Source: a virus
Virus record (IMG/VR): IMGVR_UViG_3300017963_000200
Span: 74,639-138,638 of that record
Strand: one strand, 5' to 3'
DNA: 64,000 nt
Shown in pieces: positions 9,425-17,335 of this stretch. The number at the start of each line of letters is the position of its first letter. Position 1 is the first letter of the stretch. The position numbers were made by a program, and so were the translations under genes. Under the pieces are notes generated by a model. That model was given only the letters and a program-made list of their open reading frames with translations. It was not told the DNA's origin and did no database searches.

Positions 9425-10735
9425 ATGAAGAATCCGTACAAGCGAATCGCCAAGAATCGTCGCCCCGTTTCCTCGCGGACCGCCCGCAGGACCTCGGAGC
9501 GTCAGCGTCCGGAACGTCCGGAGCGCAAGCCTGCCGCGCAGCCGCGTGACCGTCGCCAGTCGGAGCGCCGCCCCGAGGGGAGCGACGACAAGCGTCAGCG
9601 CTTGGCCGCTCGTCCGCGTGAGCGGTTCGGGTCGCGGAGGGACGAGGGTCTCTTCGAGGGAGGCGGCTCCTTCAACCCGCAGCGGTACGACCATCCGTCG
9701 AGCCGTCGGGCGACCGCGAGCCAGACCGACCGGCGCATGTTCGACAAGCGCGGCGAGGTCAACGCCTACGACAAGCGGGACGCGATGGTGCAGGTCAACG
9801 AGCTGCTGAACGAGATCACCAAGAAGAACGCCAAGGCGCTCTCGTTCTATCGCCCGGACACCGAGTCGAGCATCTCCAAGGAGGCCCGGCGCGACATCCT
9901 CGGCGCAGCGCTCACCGACCCGACCGGCCAGGGCTTCCACATCGTGGGCCAGGAGCTGGCTCTGCCGATCAAGGCGATCCTCGACTACGAGGGCTTCAGC
10001 CGGAAGATCTACCGGGTGCGGAAGCTGGCTCAGGCCGAGCTGTTCCGTCTCCCGGTCGACATCCGGTCGACCGCCTGGGTCGTGGGTCAGGACGGCCAGT
10101 CGCCCGAGTCGCGGATCAAAACCAAGTGGATCACGCCACCCGAGTGGAAGGTCACTTCGTTCCCGAGCATCGACATCCAGGACATCTACCAGATGAACTT
10201 CGATGTGCTCGACCGCGCTCAGGACACGGCCCGCCAGGAGATCGAGCTGCAAGAGGACAAGGCCGGCATCAGCCTGATCGACGAGGCTGCGCAGACCGAG
10301 AACGCCGTGACGACCTTCGCCACGCTGGGCATCGCCGCGTTCGAGGACGTGCGGTTCCAGGTCGAGCGGCACCGCCTCATGGTCGAGAACTTCCTGATCT
10401 CCCGCGCCGAGCTGTCCGACATCGTGAAGACGATGTCCGCAGCCGTGGATCCGGTCACCGAGCGTGAGCTGATCCTGGCCGGGTACATCGGGAACATCCT
10501 GAACGCCCAGATCCTGACCGCCGCCGGTACCGGCGTCGAGGAAGTCATCCCTCCGGGGACCTTCTACGCGACGACCGGCGCGGACTACATGGGCGAGATG
10601 GGTGTGCGGATCGAGCTGTTCAGCGAGCCCTACAACAAGTACTCCCACCAGGAGACGGTGAAGGGCTGGGCGTTCATCGAGATGATCGGTTTCGCCATCG
10701 CCAACAGCCGGTCGTGCGCGAAGGGCCAGAAGTAG
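9425..10735 (+). CDS. Putative major capsid protein (436 aa) with an unusual Arg/Ser-rich N-terminal extension of about 120 aa.
   Basis: Strong RBS AAAGGAGGAGG. Downstream of the scaffold. The C-terminal ~320 aa has a size and alpha+beta pattern compatible with an HK97-fold capsid protein. The capsid call is inference from position. Confidence 0.45.
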   Translation: MKNPYKRIAKNRRPVSSRTARRTSERQRPERPERKPAAQPRDRRQSERRPEGSDDKRQRLAARPRERFGSRRDEGLFEGGGSFNPQRYDHPSSRRATASQTDRRMFDKRGEVNAYDKRDAMVQVNELLNEITKKNAKALSFYRPDTESSISKEARRDILGAALTDPTGQGFHIVGQELALPIKAILDYEGFSRKIYRVRKLAQAELFRLPVDIRSTAWVVGQDGQSPESRIKTKWITPPEWKVTSFPSIDIQDIYQMNFDVLDRAQDTARQEIELQEDKAGISLIDEAAQTENAVTTFATLGIAAFEDVRFQVERHRLMVENFLISRAELSDIVKTMSAAVDPVTERELILAGYIGNILNAQILTAAGTGVEEVIPPGTFYATTGADYMGEMGVRIELFSEPYNKYSHQETVKGWAFIEMIGFAIANSRSCAKGQK

Positions 10736-10756
10736 CGAGAGCTGCTTGATGGGTGC

Positions 10757-10814
10757 GCCGGGAGGCGCTGAAGGTCTCCCGGCCCATCCTGGGCCATAAC
10801 CCCGCGAGAGCGGG
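10757..10814 (+). promoter_or_regulatory. Two GC-rich stem-loops immediately after the putative capsid gene: GCCGGGAG-N11-CTCCCGGC at 10757-10783 and CCCGC-GAGA-GCGGG at 10801-10814. Possible transcript-stabilising or attenuating elements.
   Basis: Perfect 8-bp and 5-bp inverted repeats read from the sequence. Neither has a downstream U-run, so they are not classical intrinsic terminators. Confidence 0.35.
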
Positions 10815-11010
10815 AGGTGGGGTAACACCCTGGCACACCACGAGGAATCTGGATGTGGGTAATCGAGTTCCCGTCCTGGGGCCGGACGATACCGTTCTGT
10901 CCTATACCCACCCTGCCAGGGCAAGGAAACTGGTCAAGAACGGAAAGGCGGTCGTCGCCAACGGACGACCTTTCATCATTCGGTTAAACCGAGATCCCAG
11001 GGAGGACAAA

Positions 11011-11679
11011 ATGCCGAAGCCCGTACCAATCATTACGAATTTCACCGAGTACTTCAGGGTCGAGCGGGACGTGTACGTCCAGAATATGAGCAACACCCAG
11101 GTGTCGCTCCAGTTCGAGACGTTTCCCGGTCGGATCGAGAGCGTGCTGCTCCCGAAGACCAAGAACCCGCTCAACTTGACGCAGCTCATACCTTTCAGCG
11201 CGATCAAGCAGTCGGTCGATCTGCGGAAGATGGTCAATCGTCGTCCGCCGGTTCTGCGGCTGCTGGAGGAGAACGAGTACATCGAGTTCTACCAGAACCT
11301 TGCCAAGCGCCGGGGCGTTTCGCCCGAAGAGGTGATGGATGAGGCGCACCAGTCGCAGTCCGATCTCCAGAACAAGCGTGCTTTCACCAATCCGACCAGG
11401 AAGGCCAGGAAGACCATCGAGGAGGAGGCTGAGGAGCGCAAGAACGAGCCGATGGATCCGGACGAAAAGGTCACGGCTCGGGTCGTGGGTCTCTGTGCCA
11501 GCGTCGGGGACGACCTCGACGAGAAAGATCGCATGGGTGCTCGCGAAATGCTCGATGAGCTGCGCGAGATGGATCTGACCACGGCGGACCTGGAGTACCT
11601 GCTCGGCCACGGCTACTACAAGTCGGTCAAGAAGTACGCGCAGAAGGAGCTGGAGGAACGCGTCAACGAGCCTGCATAA
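11011..11679 (+). CDS. Hypothetical head or head-completion protein (222 aa), acidic at the C-terminus.
   Basis: ATG 11011 preceded by CCAGGGAGGACAAA. The longer ORF from GTG 10753 is rejected because that stretch is hairpin-rich and lacks an RBS. Confidence 0.5.
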   Translation: MPKPVPIITNFTEYFRVERDVYVQNMSNTQVSLQFETFPGRIESVLLPKTKNPLNLTQLIPFSAIKQSVDLRKMVNRRPPVLRLLEENEYIEFYQNLAKRRGVSPEEVMDEAHQSQSDLQNKRAFTNPTRKARKTIEEEAEERKNEPMDPDEKVTARVVGLCASVGDDLDEKDRMGAREMLDELREMDLTTADLEYLLGHGYYKSVKKYAQKELEERVNEPA

Positions 11680-11755
11680 TCGCCTTCCATCTTTAATTCT
11701 CCGACATCAACCCGTGATATTGTATCTTGAGGTACCACTACGTCTGAGGTGACTC

Positions 11756-12217
11756 ATGGGGCAGGCCAGAGAGACGATTCGAGATATCATTGTTCCCGCC
11801 GGGGGCAAGATTCGTGTCTGGGATGCTCCGATCAGTATGCCTCTCAAGGATCTCTACATCTGGGCCAGTACGAGAGGATCGAAGTTGTCGCTTGCGCTCG
11901 ATTGGGAGGTCTTTTACGGTGGCGGCTGGACGGGAAGTCCCTTCGGTGAGAACGACCGCGAAGGTGTCGCGCCGAGTGCGCACAAAGGGGGTGTCAGTCA
12001 AGGCACCGGTTCGTTCGCGGCAGCGGCTGAGCTTGCCACGATGTTCTATTCCGATCTGGATCATCTGCCGGGGAATCGGATAGCACCTACGCCACCACAA
12101 CCGGTTCATCGAGCCCCGGGTTTTCCTATTGTCGTCGAACTGGATAATACCCTTGGGGGTACTCCTGTAAAGATCACGATTATCTTCCTGACTCAAGTGG
12201 TCACGGATCGCTACTAG
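11756..12217 (+). CDS. Hypothetical protein (153 aa), first of a tandem paralog pair.
   Basis: RBS GAGGTGA. About 60% identical to the next gene product. Conserved blocks are WDAPISM, DLYIWA, ALDWEVFYGGGWTG, GFPIVVELDN and FLTQVVTDRY. Confidence 0.6.
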   Translation: MGQARETIRDIIVPAGGKIRVWDAPISMPLKDLYIWASTRGSKLSLALDWEVFYGGGWTGSPFGENDREGVAPSAHKGGVSQGTGSFAAAAELATMFYSDLDHLPGNRIAPTPPQPVHRAPGFPIVVELDNTLGGTPVKITIIFLTQVVTDRY

Positions 12218-12225
12218 GAGGAAGT

Positions 12226-12672
12226 ATGGGACAGGCCAGGGAGACGGTTCGAGAGGTTGTTGTTCCAGCCGGGACTACGATCCGTATCTGGGATGCCCCG
12301 ATCAGTATGCAGATCAAGGATCTCTACATCTGGGCGACCACGCGTGGCGTTCAGCTGGCGGGTGCCCTCGACTGGGAAGTCTTCTACGGAGGGGGTTGGA
12401 CCGGGCAGCCCTTCGACGAGAACGATTCCGGCAGCACACATCAAGGCGGCGTCAGTCAAGGCAGCGGCACGTTCGCTGGCGGTGCGGAACTCGTCAGCAT
12501 GTTCCATTCTGACACGGATCATATGCCTGCGAATCGAGTGGAACCAACACCGCCTCGACCGGCAGTACGCGCAGCAGGTTTTCCCATTGTTGTCGAGCTG
12601 GACAATGGCGGTCTCGTGGATATTTCTATCGTGATCACCTTTTTGACTCAGGTGGTCACTGACCGTTACTAG
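12226..12672 (+). CDS. Hypothetical protein (148 aa), second of the tandem paralog pair.
   Basis: RBS AGGAGGAAG. Paralog of 11756..12217. Confidence 0.6.
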   Translation: MGQARETVREVVVPAGTTIRIWDAPISMQIKDLYIWATTRGVQLAGALDWEVFYGGGWTGQPFDENDSGSTHQGGVSQGSGTFAGGAELVSMFHSDTDHMPANRVEPTPPRPAVRAAGFPIVVELDNGGLVDISIVITFLTQVVTDRY

Positions 12673-12681
12673 GGAGGAGTC

Positions 12682-13002
12682 ATGGAAAATTTCATAGAGA
12701 TTCTCAAGGAATACGGTCCCTACGTAGGTCTCGCGGTCGTTGTTGCGGGCATCGTTCAGGCGCTCAAGCTGAGCTTCAAGAAATTCTTCCAGAAGAACCA
12801 GATCGGGATGCGGATTCTGCCATTCATTCCCATCGTGCTCGGCCTGATCGGGGGTCTGCTGCTGCCGCTCGAAACCGTCAAGGAGCAGCTGCTGACCGGT
12901 GGAGCGCTCGGGACCGTCTCGTCTCTCATCTACAAGATGGTGACTCGGACATTCGCCTCGAAGGCCAAGCTGGAAGAGAAGGCCAACGGACGGGAGGAGT
13001 AG
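12682..13002 (+). CDS. Small membrane protein (106 aa, 2-3 predicted TM helices, charged C-terminus). Holin-like.
   Basis: RBS GGGAGGAG. Hydrophobic segments GLAVVVAGIVQALKL, ILPFIPIVLGLIGGLLLPL and GGALGTVSSLIY, followed by a Lys/Glu-rich tail. Confidence 0.4.
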   Translation: MENFIEILKEYGPYVGLAVVVAGIVQALKLSFKKFFQKNQIGMRILPFIPIVLGLIGGLLLPLETVKEQLLTGGALGTVSSLIYKMVTRTFASKAKLEEKANGREE

Positions 13003-13272
13003 GTGCGGCGCGGTATTCCCGATGAAGGTCTGAAGCGGATTGCTTCGCAGCTGGATAAAGCTGCGCAAGCTCCAGATTTTCTGACCGACATGGGACGTAC
13101 TGTGCAGAGTCTTGGAGGCTTCGAGCAGGGCTACGACGAATGGATCGAGGCGGTAACCTCTCAGCTCCAAGCTGCGGGCCTCCAGGTCGGTGATTACGGC
13201 TCCGAGCTGGCCTACATGAGGGAGAGCAACTACACGCCGGAGGAAGCTGTACAGGAGCTTCTGGGAGGTTGA
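13003..13272 (+). CDS. Small helical protein (89 aa). Shares the N-terminal motif RGI(P/S)xxGLKRIAS with the next gene product.
   Basis: GTG start directly after the TAG stop of the previous gene. RBS GGGAGGAG. Confidence 0.45.
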   Translation: MRRGIPDEGLKRIASQLDKAAQAPDFLTDMGRTVQSLGGFEQGYDEWIEAVTSQLQAAGLQVGDYGSELAYMRESNYTPEEAVQELLGG

Positions 13273-13273
13273 G

Positions 13274-13558
13274 ATGAAGCGTGGGATTTCGGAAGATGGG
13301 TTGAAGAGGATCGCCTCGAAAATGGAACGTCAAGGAGTGTACGCAACTCCCGAGGTGGAAGCGGAACAGCTCTACGACAAAGTGCTTCAGTTCGTCTCAG
13401 AAGAATTGTCGCACAGCTACACCGATCCGGGGATGATCGCGGATGAGCTGACTAAGCTGATGGCCAATTTCGGAAGGGACATAGAACCTTTGGCCGGGGC
13501 GGCGGGAGAAATGGATCCCGAGGAAGCCCGAAAGTACTGGGAGGAGAAGGGTTATTGA
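13274..13558 (+). CDS. Small helical protein (94 aa). Paralogous N-terminus to 13003..13272, divergent remainder.
   Basis: RBS GGAGGTTGAG. N-terminus MKRGISEDGLKRIASK compared with MRRGIPDEGLKRIASQ. Confidence 0.5.
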   Translation: MKRGISEDGLKRIASKMERQGVYATPEVEAEQLYDKVLQFVSEELSHSYTDPGMIADELTKLMANFGRDIEPLAGAAGEMDPEEARKYWEEKGY

Positions 13559-13565
13559 TCCCAAG

Positions 13566-13928
13566 ATGTCCTGGTTGAAACGAGCCTGGGGATGGATGAA
13601 GCGGCACTGGAAAGCGGTCGCTGCTACGGTGGGGATTATCCTCGCCGCCATCGCCGGAATCGTCATTGCCAGCAATGTTCGAAAACGGAAGAAGCAAGAG
13701 CACAAGATCAAGGTGCTCAAGGCCGAGAAGGAAGTCGCCAAGCTCGAAGGCAAGCGTGAAGTCATTCGGCGGCAAGAAAATGCCGTCGAGAAGGACATCG
13801 AGGAGATCGACAAGAAGATCGAGGCCAAGAACGAAGAGATCAAGGTCGCTCGCAAGGAGATTGATCGGCTCTCTTCGAAGGAAAAGCTTAAAGAGTTCAA
13901 GAATTTGGGATATGGAGGCGACGAGTGA
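13566..13928 (+). CDS. Membrane-anchored coiled-coil protein (120 aa, N-terminal TM helix then Lys/Glu-rich heptads). Resembles an i-spanin or Rz-like protein.
   Basis: TM segment AVAATVGIILAAIAGIVIA followed by the charged coiled-coil KVLKAEKEVAKLEGKREVIRRQENAVEKDIEEIDKKIEAKNEEIK. Confidence 0.4.
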   Translation: MSWLKRAWGWMKRHWKAVAATVGIILAAIAGIVIASNVRKRKKQEHKIKVLKAEKEVAKLEGKREVIRRQENAVEKDIEEIDKKIEAKNEEIKVARKEIDRLSSKEKLKEFKNLGYGGDE

Positions 13929-14356
13929 GGTTCGTGGCTTCCATCCTGGTCGTTTTGATGGTTATGCTGCCGCGCGTGGCGCTCAGCGAGGTGCCGGAAA
14001 CCATCGAGCTGGAGCATGACGGCCATCCAGGCTACTGGTTCGCGGAGGAGACCGCGACCAAGATGCTCAAGGACCTCAAGGAGCTGAAGCTGCTGCGCGA
14101 GAAGCTGGAGCTGATCGACACGAAACTCGAACTGCGAGACCACCACTTGGAGCTGATCCGGGAGGATCTGCGCATCACCGAGAACATCGGGGAGAAGTGG
14201 CGGCTCGCATTCGAAGAGCAGGCTCAGCTCACTCAGATGTGCGAGGAGGAGAAAGACGCCTGGTACCGGCACCCGGCCCTCTGGGGCGCGGTGGGCTTCG
14301 TGGTGGGCGTTGGAGTTACGGTAGGAATCGGCTACGCCCTGGCGGGCGCGAGATAA
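13925..14356 (+). CDS. Secreted or bitopic coiled-coil protein (143 aa). Signal-peptide-like N-terminus, central coiled-coil, Gly-zipper C-terminal TM helix.
   Basis: GTG start with RBS GGAGGCGACGA. N-terminus MRFVASILVVLMVMLPRVALSE. C-terminus ALWGAVGFVVGVGVTVGIGYALAGA. Confidence 0.4.
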   Translation: MRFVASILVVLMVMLPRVALSEVPETIELEHDGHPGYWFAEETATKMLKDLKELKLLREKLELIDTKLELRDHHLELIREDLRITENIGEKWRLAFEEQAQLTQMCEEEKDAWYRHPALWGAVGFVVGVGVTVGIGYALAGAR

Positions 14357-14366
14357 GGAGAGCCCG

Positions 14367-14774
14367 ATGTCAGAGGAAGCAACGGTCACTGCCAAGATCA
14401 CCTATCCCTCGGTTCCCGGTGGGCCGAATGTCGCGCCGGTCTTCGGGTCTCCGATCATCAATCCGGCTTCGGCGACGGGACCGGTGTTGGAGTTCAACGA
14501 GAAAGTCGAGGGCAACTACATCATCCCGCCTTCCGGGACCGTGGACGTCGACTTCCAGACGCTGTCCAAGGCGAGCTTCGTCTACATCGGTACCGACCAG
14601 CCGATTCGCGTTTTCTTCAACGGTGGCGCGGAGTACATCGACCTGGAGGGTAGCCCGGCAACGGACGAGTCGGGAGGCTGGATCGCGATGTTCAAGACAG
14701 ACATCACCGCCGTTCAGATCATCTCGACAGCTCCCATCAACGCAAAGGTCGTTGTCATCCTGCTGGGAGATTGA
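14367..14774 (+). CDS. Hypothetical beta-rich protein (135 aa), neck/head-tail module.
   Basis: RBS AAGGAGAG. Confidence 0.5.
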   Translation: MSEEATVTAKITYPSVPGGPNVAPVFGSPIINPASATGPVLEFNEKVEGNYIIPPSGTVDVDFQTLSKASFVYIGTDQPIRVFFNGGAEYIDLEGSPATDESGGWIAMFKTDITAVQIISTAPINAKVVVILLGD

Positions 14775-14775
14775 G

Positions 14776-15144
14776 ATGCGGCTCGAAGGCATCAGGACGA
14801 TCAACTTCTACCGGCTGGCCCAGCAGTGGGCCGTCGACTTCGACCGTCGCCAGCGCATCATGGACAGCATCATGTGGCATCTCGGCGACTACATCCAGGC
14901 CGATCGTCCCGGGAGGGCCGTCTGGAACAACCTGATGGAGAACAGCCAAGGTCCGGATGTCTATGTCTTCGACGGCAGGGAGTTGCTCGACGAGAACTTC
15001 GACGAGAGCGACGAGCTGATCGAGGGGCTCTGGGAAGTCAAGGAGGACCTCGAACGTCAGCTCGGCTTCGACACACGCCTGCTCGATGACTGGGCGGTCG
15101 AGTTCCGCAACCCGAATCCGGAGGAACGTGAGCTAGCAGCATGA
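14776..15144 (+). CDS. Hypothetical acidic protein (122 aa).
   Basis: ATG 14776 with RBS GGGAGATTGAG. The longer ORF from 14197 is an Arg-rich read-through artefact. Confidence 0.5.
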   Translation: MRLEGIRTINFYRLAQQWAVDFDRRQRIMDSIMWHLGDYIQADRPGRAVWNNLMENSQGPDVYVFDGRELLDENFDESDELIEGLWEVKEDLERQLGFDTRLLDDWAVEFRNPNPEERELAA

Positions 15145-16064
15145 TCATCCAGCCTGGCATGGAGGAACCGTCTGTTGCGGCCATGATCGAGCTGGCTCGG
15201 ACGAACTCGAAGCGCCGGGTCGACATCGAGCTGCGCAATGCCGCCGGAGAACTCGTCGACATCAATGCCAGCACACCGGCCAGTGGCGATCCCGAGGGTG
15301 AACTTGACCTCGAAGTGACCGACCTGGGGGGCAATTCACTCTTCATCGAGGCTTATTATCCCCCGAGTGACGCGCCGAGTGCGACGGACCGTATCAAGCG
15401 GCCTTCTGCCGGGAAGTACTACATCACCTGGGGTGAAGAAGACGACGAGACCGAGACGGCTCAGCGGTTGCTGTTCAACTGGCACAGCCGGGAGGACGCC
15501 AGCTCCGAGGATGTCTACCGGACTCAGGTCCTGGACATTGTTTCGCCGCGCGTGCTCTCGCTGCTGCCGTCTCTTCGGGTGATGATCGACAAGGTCATCA
15601 AGCCGAATCTGCCGGAGCAGTACTGTTTCCTGGGCTACACAGACGGGATACTGCTCCTGTTCTTGCGTCTCGGGTTGAATATGATCAACGAGGCCCAGCC
15701 GTACCCGACCTGGGTATCGCTGGAGTATTTCCCCATCGAGATGTTCTCGAACATCTTGATCAAAGCCGCGATCTACCAGGGCATCACGAGCCAGTTGCTC
15801 TTCAGCATCGATACGGACGTGCCCCAGTACAGCGATTCGGGACATTCCTTCGTACTTCAGCACGCCACTCCGTTTGCCGGCTATCTGAGCCACTTGAAGT
15901 CGGAGTTGGACATGGCGATTCCGAACTTCAAGCGCCACTTCGTGAACAGCGGCACGATGAGCGCCGAGGTGAGAATGGACATGGCCTTTTCCATGCTCCT
16001 TGCTTCTGCGCCTTACGGCAGCTTGTTCCGCAACCTCTGGCCTGGCGGCGTCTCGGGGGTCTAA
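15141..16064 (+). CDS. Hypothetical head-tail joining protein (307 aa).
   Basis: ATGA overlap with the upstream gene. Consistent codon usage. Confidence 0.5.
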   Translation: MIIQPGMEEPSVAAMIELARTNSKRRVDIELRNAAGELVDINASTPASGDPEGELDLEVTDLGGNSLFIEAYYPPSDAPSATDRIKRPSAGKYYITWGEEDDETETAQRLLFNWHSREDASSEDVYRTQVLDIVSPRVLSLLPSLRVMIDKVIKPNLPEQYCFLGYTDGILLLFLRLGLNMINEAQPYPTWVSLEYFPIEMFSNILIKAAIYQGITSQLLFSIDTDVPQYSDSGHSFVLQHATPFAGYLSHLKSELDMAIPNFKRHFVNSGTMSAEVRMDMAFSMLLASAPYGSLFRNLWPGGVSGV

Positions 16065-16238
16065 ATGCCGGTCAAGGAAATCAAGATCGACCTCTTCGAC
16101 GGTAGTCGGGAGGGGAACAAGAAGTTCGCCAACTTGCTGGATCCGGGGAAGTGGCAGCAACTGGTGTCCGAGTACGATGAGGGACGCGGTGAGCAGTCTT
16201 TGGATGATCTTCTTGCGGAGCTGATTGAGAGTCGATGA
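16065..16238 (+). CDS. Small acidic protein (57 aa). Not in the supplied ORF track because it is under 60 aa.
   Basis: ATG at 16065 directly after the TAA of the upstream gene. The TGA overlaps the ATG of the next gene (ATGA), exactly filling the gap. Translated by hand: MPVKEIKIDLFDGSREGNKKFANLLDPGKWQQLVSEYDEGRGEQSLDDLLAELIESR. Confidence 0.5.
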   Translation: MPVKEIKIDLFDGSREGNKKFANLLDPGKWQQLVSEYDEGRGEQSLDDLLAELIESR

Positions 16239-17335
16239 ACAACGGTGGGTGTGAAGAAGCCGGCAACGGCAACGGGACTGGAAATGGCAACGACGGGGAT
16301 GCCGTCTGCGGCCAGGACACGGCGACCAAGGGTTGCAAGGTTCCCGGTGCCCACATGGCGGTGGGCTACTGGGGGCGCGATATTCATGCTCAAATCTTTG
16401 CCAACCAGGAACACGCCCGCCAACGCGCGCTCCTGACGGAGCAGATCCTGGCAGGTTCGATTCGCGCGGCTCTCTGGAGGGGTGTCACCGAAGGACCGCA
16501 GTGCGCTTGTTACAAGGAGAGCAACCAGCAGGCCGACAGGAAGTGCGGGGCCTGTCACGGCGTCGGCATCGTGCCTGGCTACGTGAAGTTCGGTTACGAG
16601 ACTTTCTGGCTCTCCGGAAGCGACCCAGACGCCACGCTGACGGACGTACACCTCACCCAAGGGTGGAAGTCGTCCAAGGTCATTCTCGCGGACGGAGCGG
16701 TCACTGGTGTCATCGAGAGCGTCGACATGTCGTTCAATCGGGACGCTTTCGGATCGGCCTGGTCGGCGCAGGCGCTCTACTTCTTGCCGGAGGAGTCCGA
16801 GTCCTCGGTGGTGGTCGAATACTCGTTGGACGGCGGAGACACCTGGGCATCCCTGGATACCTTGTGCTCGGTGAACCCGACCAGCGGCACCATTCGGTTT
16901 CGGGCGACTTTGAACCGGGATTCAGTGGACGTGATCTCTCCACAGTTCGAGATCATCAGGGCTCGCTTCGCGCGGCTGCCGCTCTCGCATCCGTCTGCGG
17001 GTCAGTACCGGATGGGTCCTTGGATCCTGATCATGCGCGAACCACCCAAAACACGGGCTCGCAAGTACGAATACGGTGATATCCCGGTCGAGGATGGCCT
17101 CTCGTTCTGGACCGCCGGACTCGCTTTCTTCGATCCGACAATCGAGATGGGTAGCCAGGATGAGTTGCTCAAAGGTCCGTTGGCCTTCATCGAAGTCTTG
17201 GATGGCGCTCGGATAGGTTCGCGCTATGTGACGACATCTTGGCAGAACTCTGATCCGTTCGGATACATCCTGGTTTCGCAGACCTTCGAGATTCGCATCG
17301 CGGATCCGGCAGGCCCATTTCATTTGGTGTGGTGA
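16235..17335 (+). CDS. Hypothetical structural protein (366 aa) with an N-terminal Gly/Asn-rich region and a Cys cluster (CACYKES...CGACHG).
   Basis: ORF with coupling overlaps on both sides. Confidence 0.5.
   Translation: MNNGGCEEAGNGNGTGNGNDGDAVCGQDTATKGCKVPGAHMAVGYWGRDIHAQIFANQEHARQRALLTEQILAGSIRAALWRGVTEGPQCACYKESNQQADRKCGACHGVGIVPGYVKFGYETFWLSGSDPDATLTDVHLTQGWKSSKVILADGAVTGVIESVDMSFNRDAFGSAWSAQALYFLPEESESSVVVEYSLDGGDTWASLDTLCSVNPTSGTIRFRATLNRDSVDVISPQFEIIRARFARLPLSHPSAGQYRMGPWILIMREPPKTRARKYEYGDIPVEDGLSFWTAGLAFFDPTIEMGSQDELLKGPLAFIEVLDGARIGSRYVTTSWQNSDPFGYILVSQTFEIRIADPAGPFHLVW

Noticed and set aside
6680-10924. Very long minus-strand ORF (1414 aa) and the many other long minus-strand ORFs (e.g. 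1047..2216, 3276..5168, 19260..20624, 28221..30551, 32032..33705, 46089..49259, 55627..56859, 62022..63386).
   Set aside because: They lie antisense to well-supported + strand genes and translate to Arg/Gly/Leu-rich low-complexity sequence with no start context or RBS. These are stop-codon-poor shadow ORFs typical of GC-rich DNA.
10753-11010. 5' extension (GTG 10753) of the ORF 10753..11679.
   Set aside because: There is no RBS. The stretch contains several strong hairpins and a better ATG with GGGAGG RBS at 11011, so it is treated as non-coding.
13566-14356. Calling the two coiled-coil membrane proteins an i-spanin/o-spanin pair.
   Set aside because: The second protein lacks a lipobox and is larger than typical o-spanins. 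The host envelope type is unknown, so only spanin-like or membrane coiled-coil is retained.
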